From the NCBI RefSeq assembly GCF_004010195.1, contig NC_057719.1, forward strand, positions 9,440,708 to 9,460,707: 20,000 nt of DNA. Reading direction: 5' to 3'. The position numbers and the translations under genes are program-made. Under the pieces are notes generated by a model. It saw only the letters and a list, made by a program, of their open reading frames with translations. It had not been told where the DNA came from and did no database searches. This document shows positions 19,274-20,000 of the stretch, one piece after another (position 1 is the stretch's first letter; each line of letters starts with the position of its first letter). This DNA comes from Chiloscyllium plagiosum (lineage: Eukaryota).

Positions 19274-19491
19274 AGGAGAAAGTGAGGACTGTAGATGGTG
19301 GAGATCAGAGTCAAAAGATGTGGCGCTGCAAAAGCACAGCAGGTCAGGCAGCAACCGAGTAGCAGGGGAGTCACTGTTTCGAAAATAAGCTCTTCATCAG
19401 AAGTGACGAGATTATGCTCGAAACATCGACTCTCCTGCTCCTGGGATGCTGCCTGACTGGCTGCACTTTTTCAGTGCCACACCTTTTGACT
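19274..19491. mobile_element. Penelope tail family A hairpin with degenerate hammerheads
   Basis: Left arm (minus) CTGATGA-AGAGC-TTAT-TTTC-GAAAC; right arm gctcGAAACATCgactctcctgctcc..gatgctgcctgactggctg. Confidence 0.85.
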
Positions 19492-19493
19492 GA

Positions 19494-20000
19494 AAATGGG
19501 GGGAAGGGAAAGTGAAAGCGACAGGGAGTATGGAGTTAAATGGAAAGATAAGCAGCAGGATAGCATGTGTGCAGGCGGATTTAACCTTGAGGCAGACTGG
19601 GAGTGCAGCAAAAAGGAAGGATAACTTAGGACATCTTATGACTTCCAATATCTCTAATGATAAGAAAGTTAGCATTAAGACACTTTACCTGAATGCTCGT
19701 AGCATTCGTAACAAAGCAGTTGAACTAACGGCACAGATCATTGTGAATGATTATGATGTGGTCGGCATCACAGAGACGTGGTTACAGGGGGGTCAGGACT
19801 GGCAATTAAACATTCAAGGATTTTCAACTTATCGAAAAGACAGGGAGGTGGGCAGAGGGGGCGGGGTTGCCTTGTTAGTTAAGAACAAAATTAAATCTAT
19901 GGCACTGAATGACATAATGTCAGATGATGTGGAGTCTATGTGGGTGGAATTGAGGAACCACAAAGGCAAAAAAACCATAATGGGAGTTATGTACAGACCT
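19494..20000 (+). mobile_element. CR1 LINE ORF2 N-terminus (APE endonuclease), open to window end
   Basis: Stop-free frame 19494-20000: ..LYLNARSIRNK..YDVVGITETWL..YRKDREVGRGGGVALLVK..VESMWVEL..GVMYRP. It is absent from the ORF track, presumably because it has no stop in the window. Confidence 0.95.

Noticed and set aside
13972..19374. Recurrent peptides such as WCWKSTAGQAASEEQENRRFGQKPFIRN in several ORFs, as a gene family
   Set aside because: They are incidental translations of the non-coding family-A Penelope tail.

Overview
This is repeat-dense vertebrate genomic DNA, almost certainly from a cartilaginous fish (shark). That call is inferred from HE1-type V-SINEs, many CR1-clade LINE fragments, Deu-type SINE remnants and Penelope-like elements. 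There is no prokaryotic content, and most ORFs in the track are decayed transposon fragments. Well-supported elements are about 12 CR1 pieces (one with an uninterrupted APE-endonuclease frame running off the right end), two HE1 SINEs, two Penelope GIY-YIG relics, a TA-flanked Tc1/mariner-pogo MITE, and a solo LTR interrupted at its TATA box by a Tx1-like LINE 3' end. The most interesting signal is about 10 hammerhead-ribozyme-type motifs (CTGA[T/A/C]GA-stemII-GAAAC-GTC) in Penelope-derived tails, several arranged as head-to-head hairpins. One has an intact core (16515-16542, minus strand), and in another hairpin one arm ends exactly at the predicted cleavage site. Phase-compatible candidate exons of an unidentified minus-strand host gene lie at 2398-2604 and 6595-6758, and more weakly at 10918-10946. 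Boundaries of old repeats are approximate, and family names come from recalled consensus motifs, not database searches.
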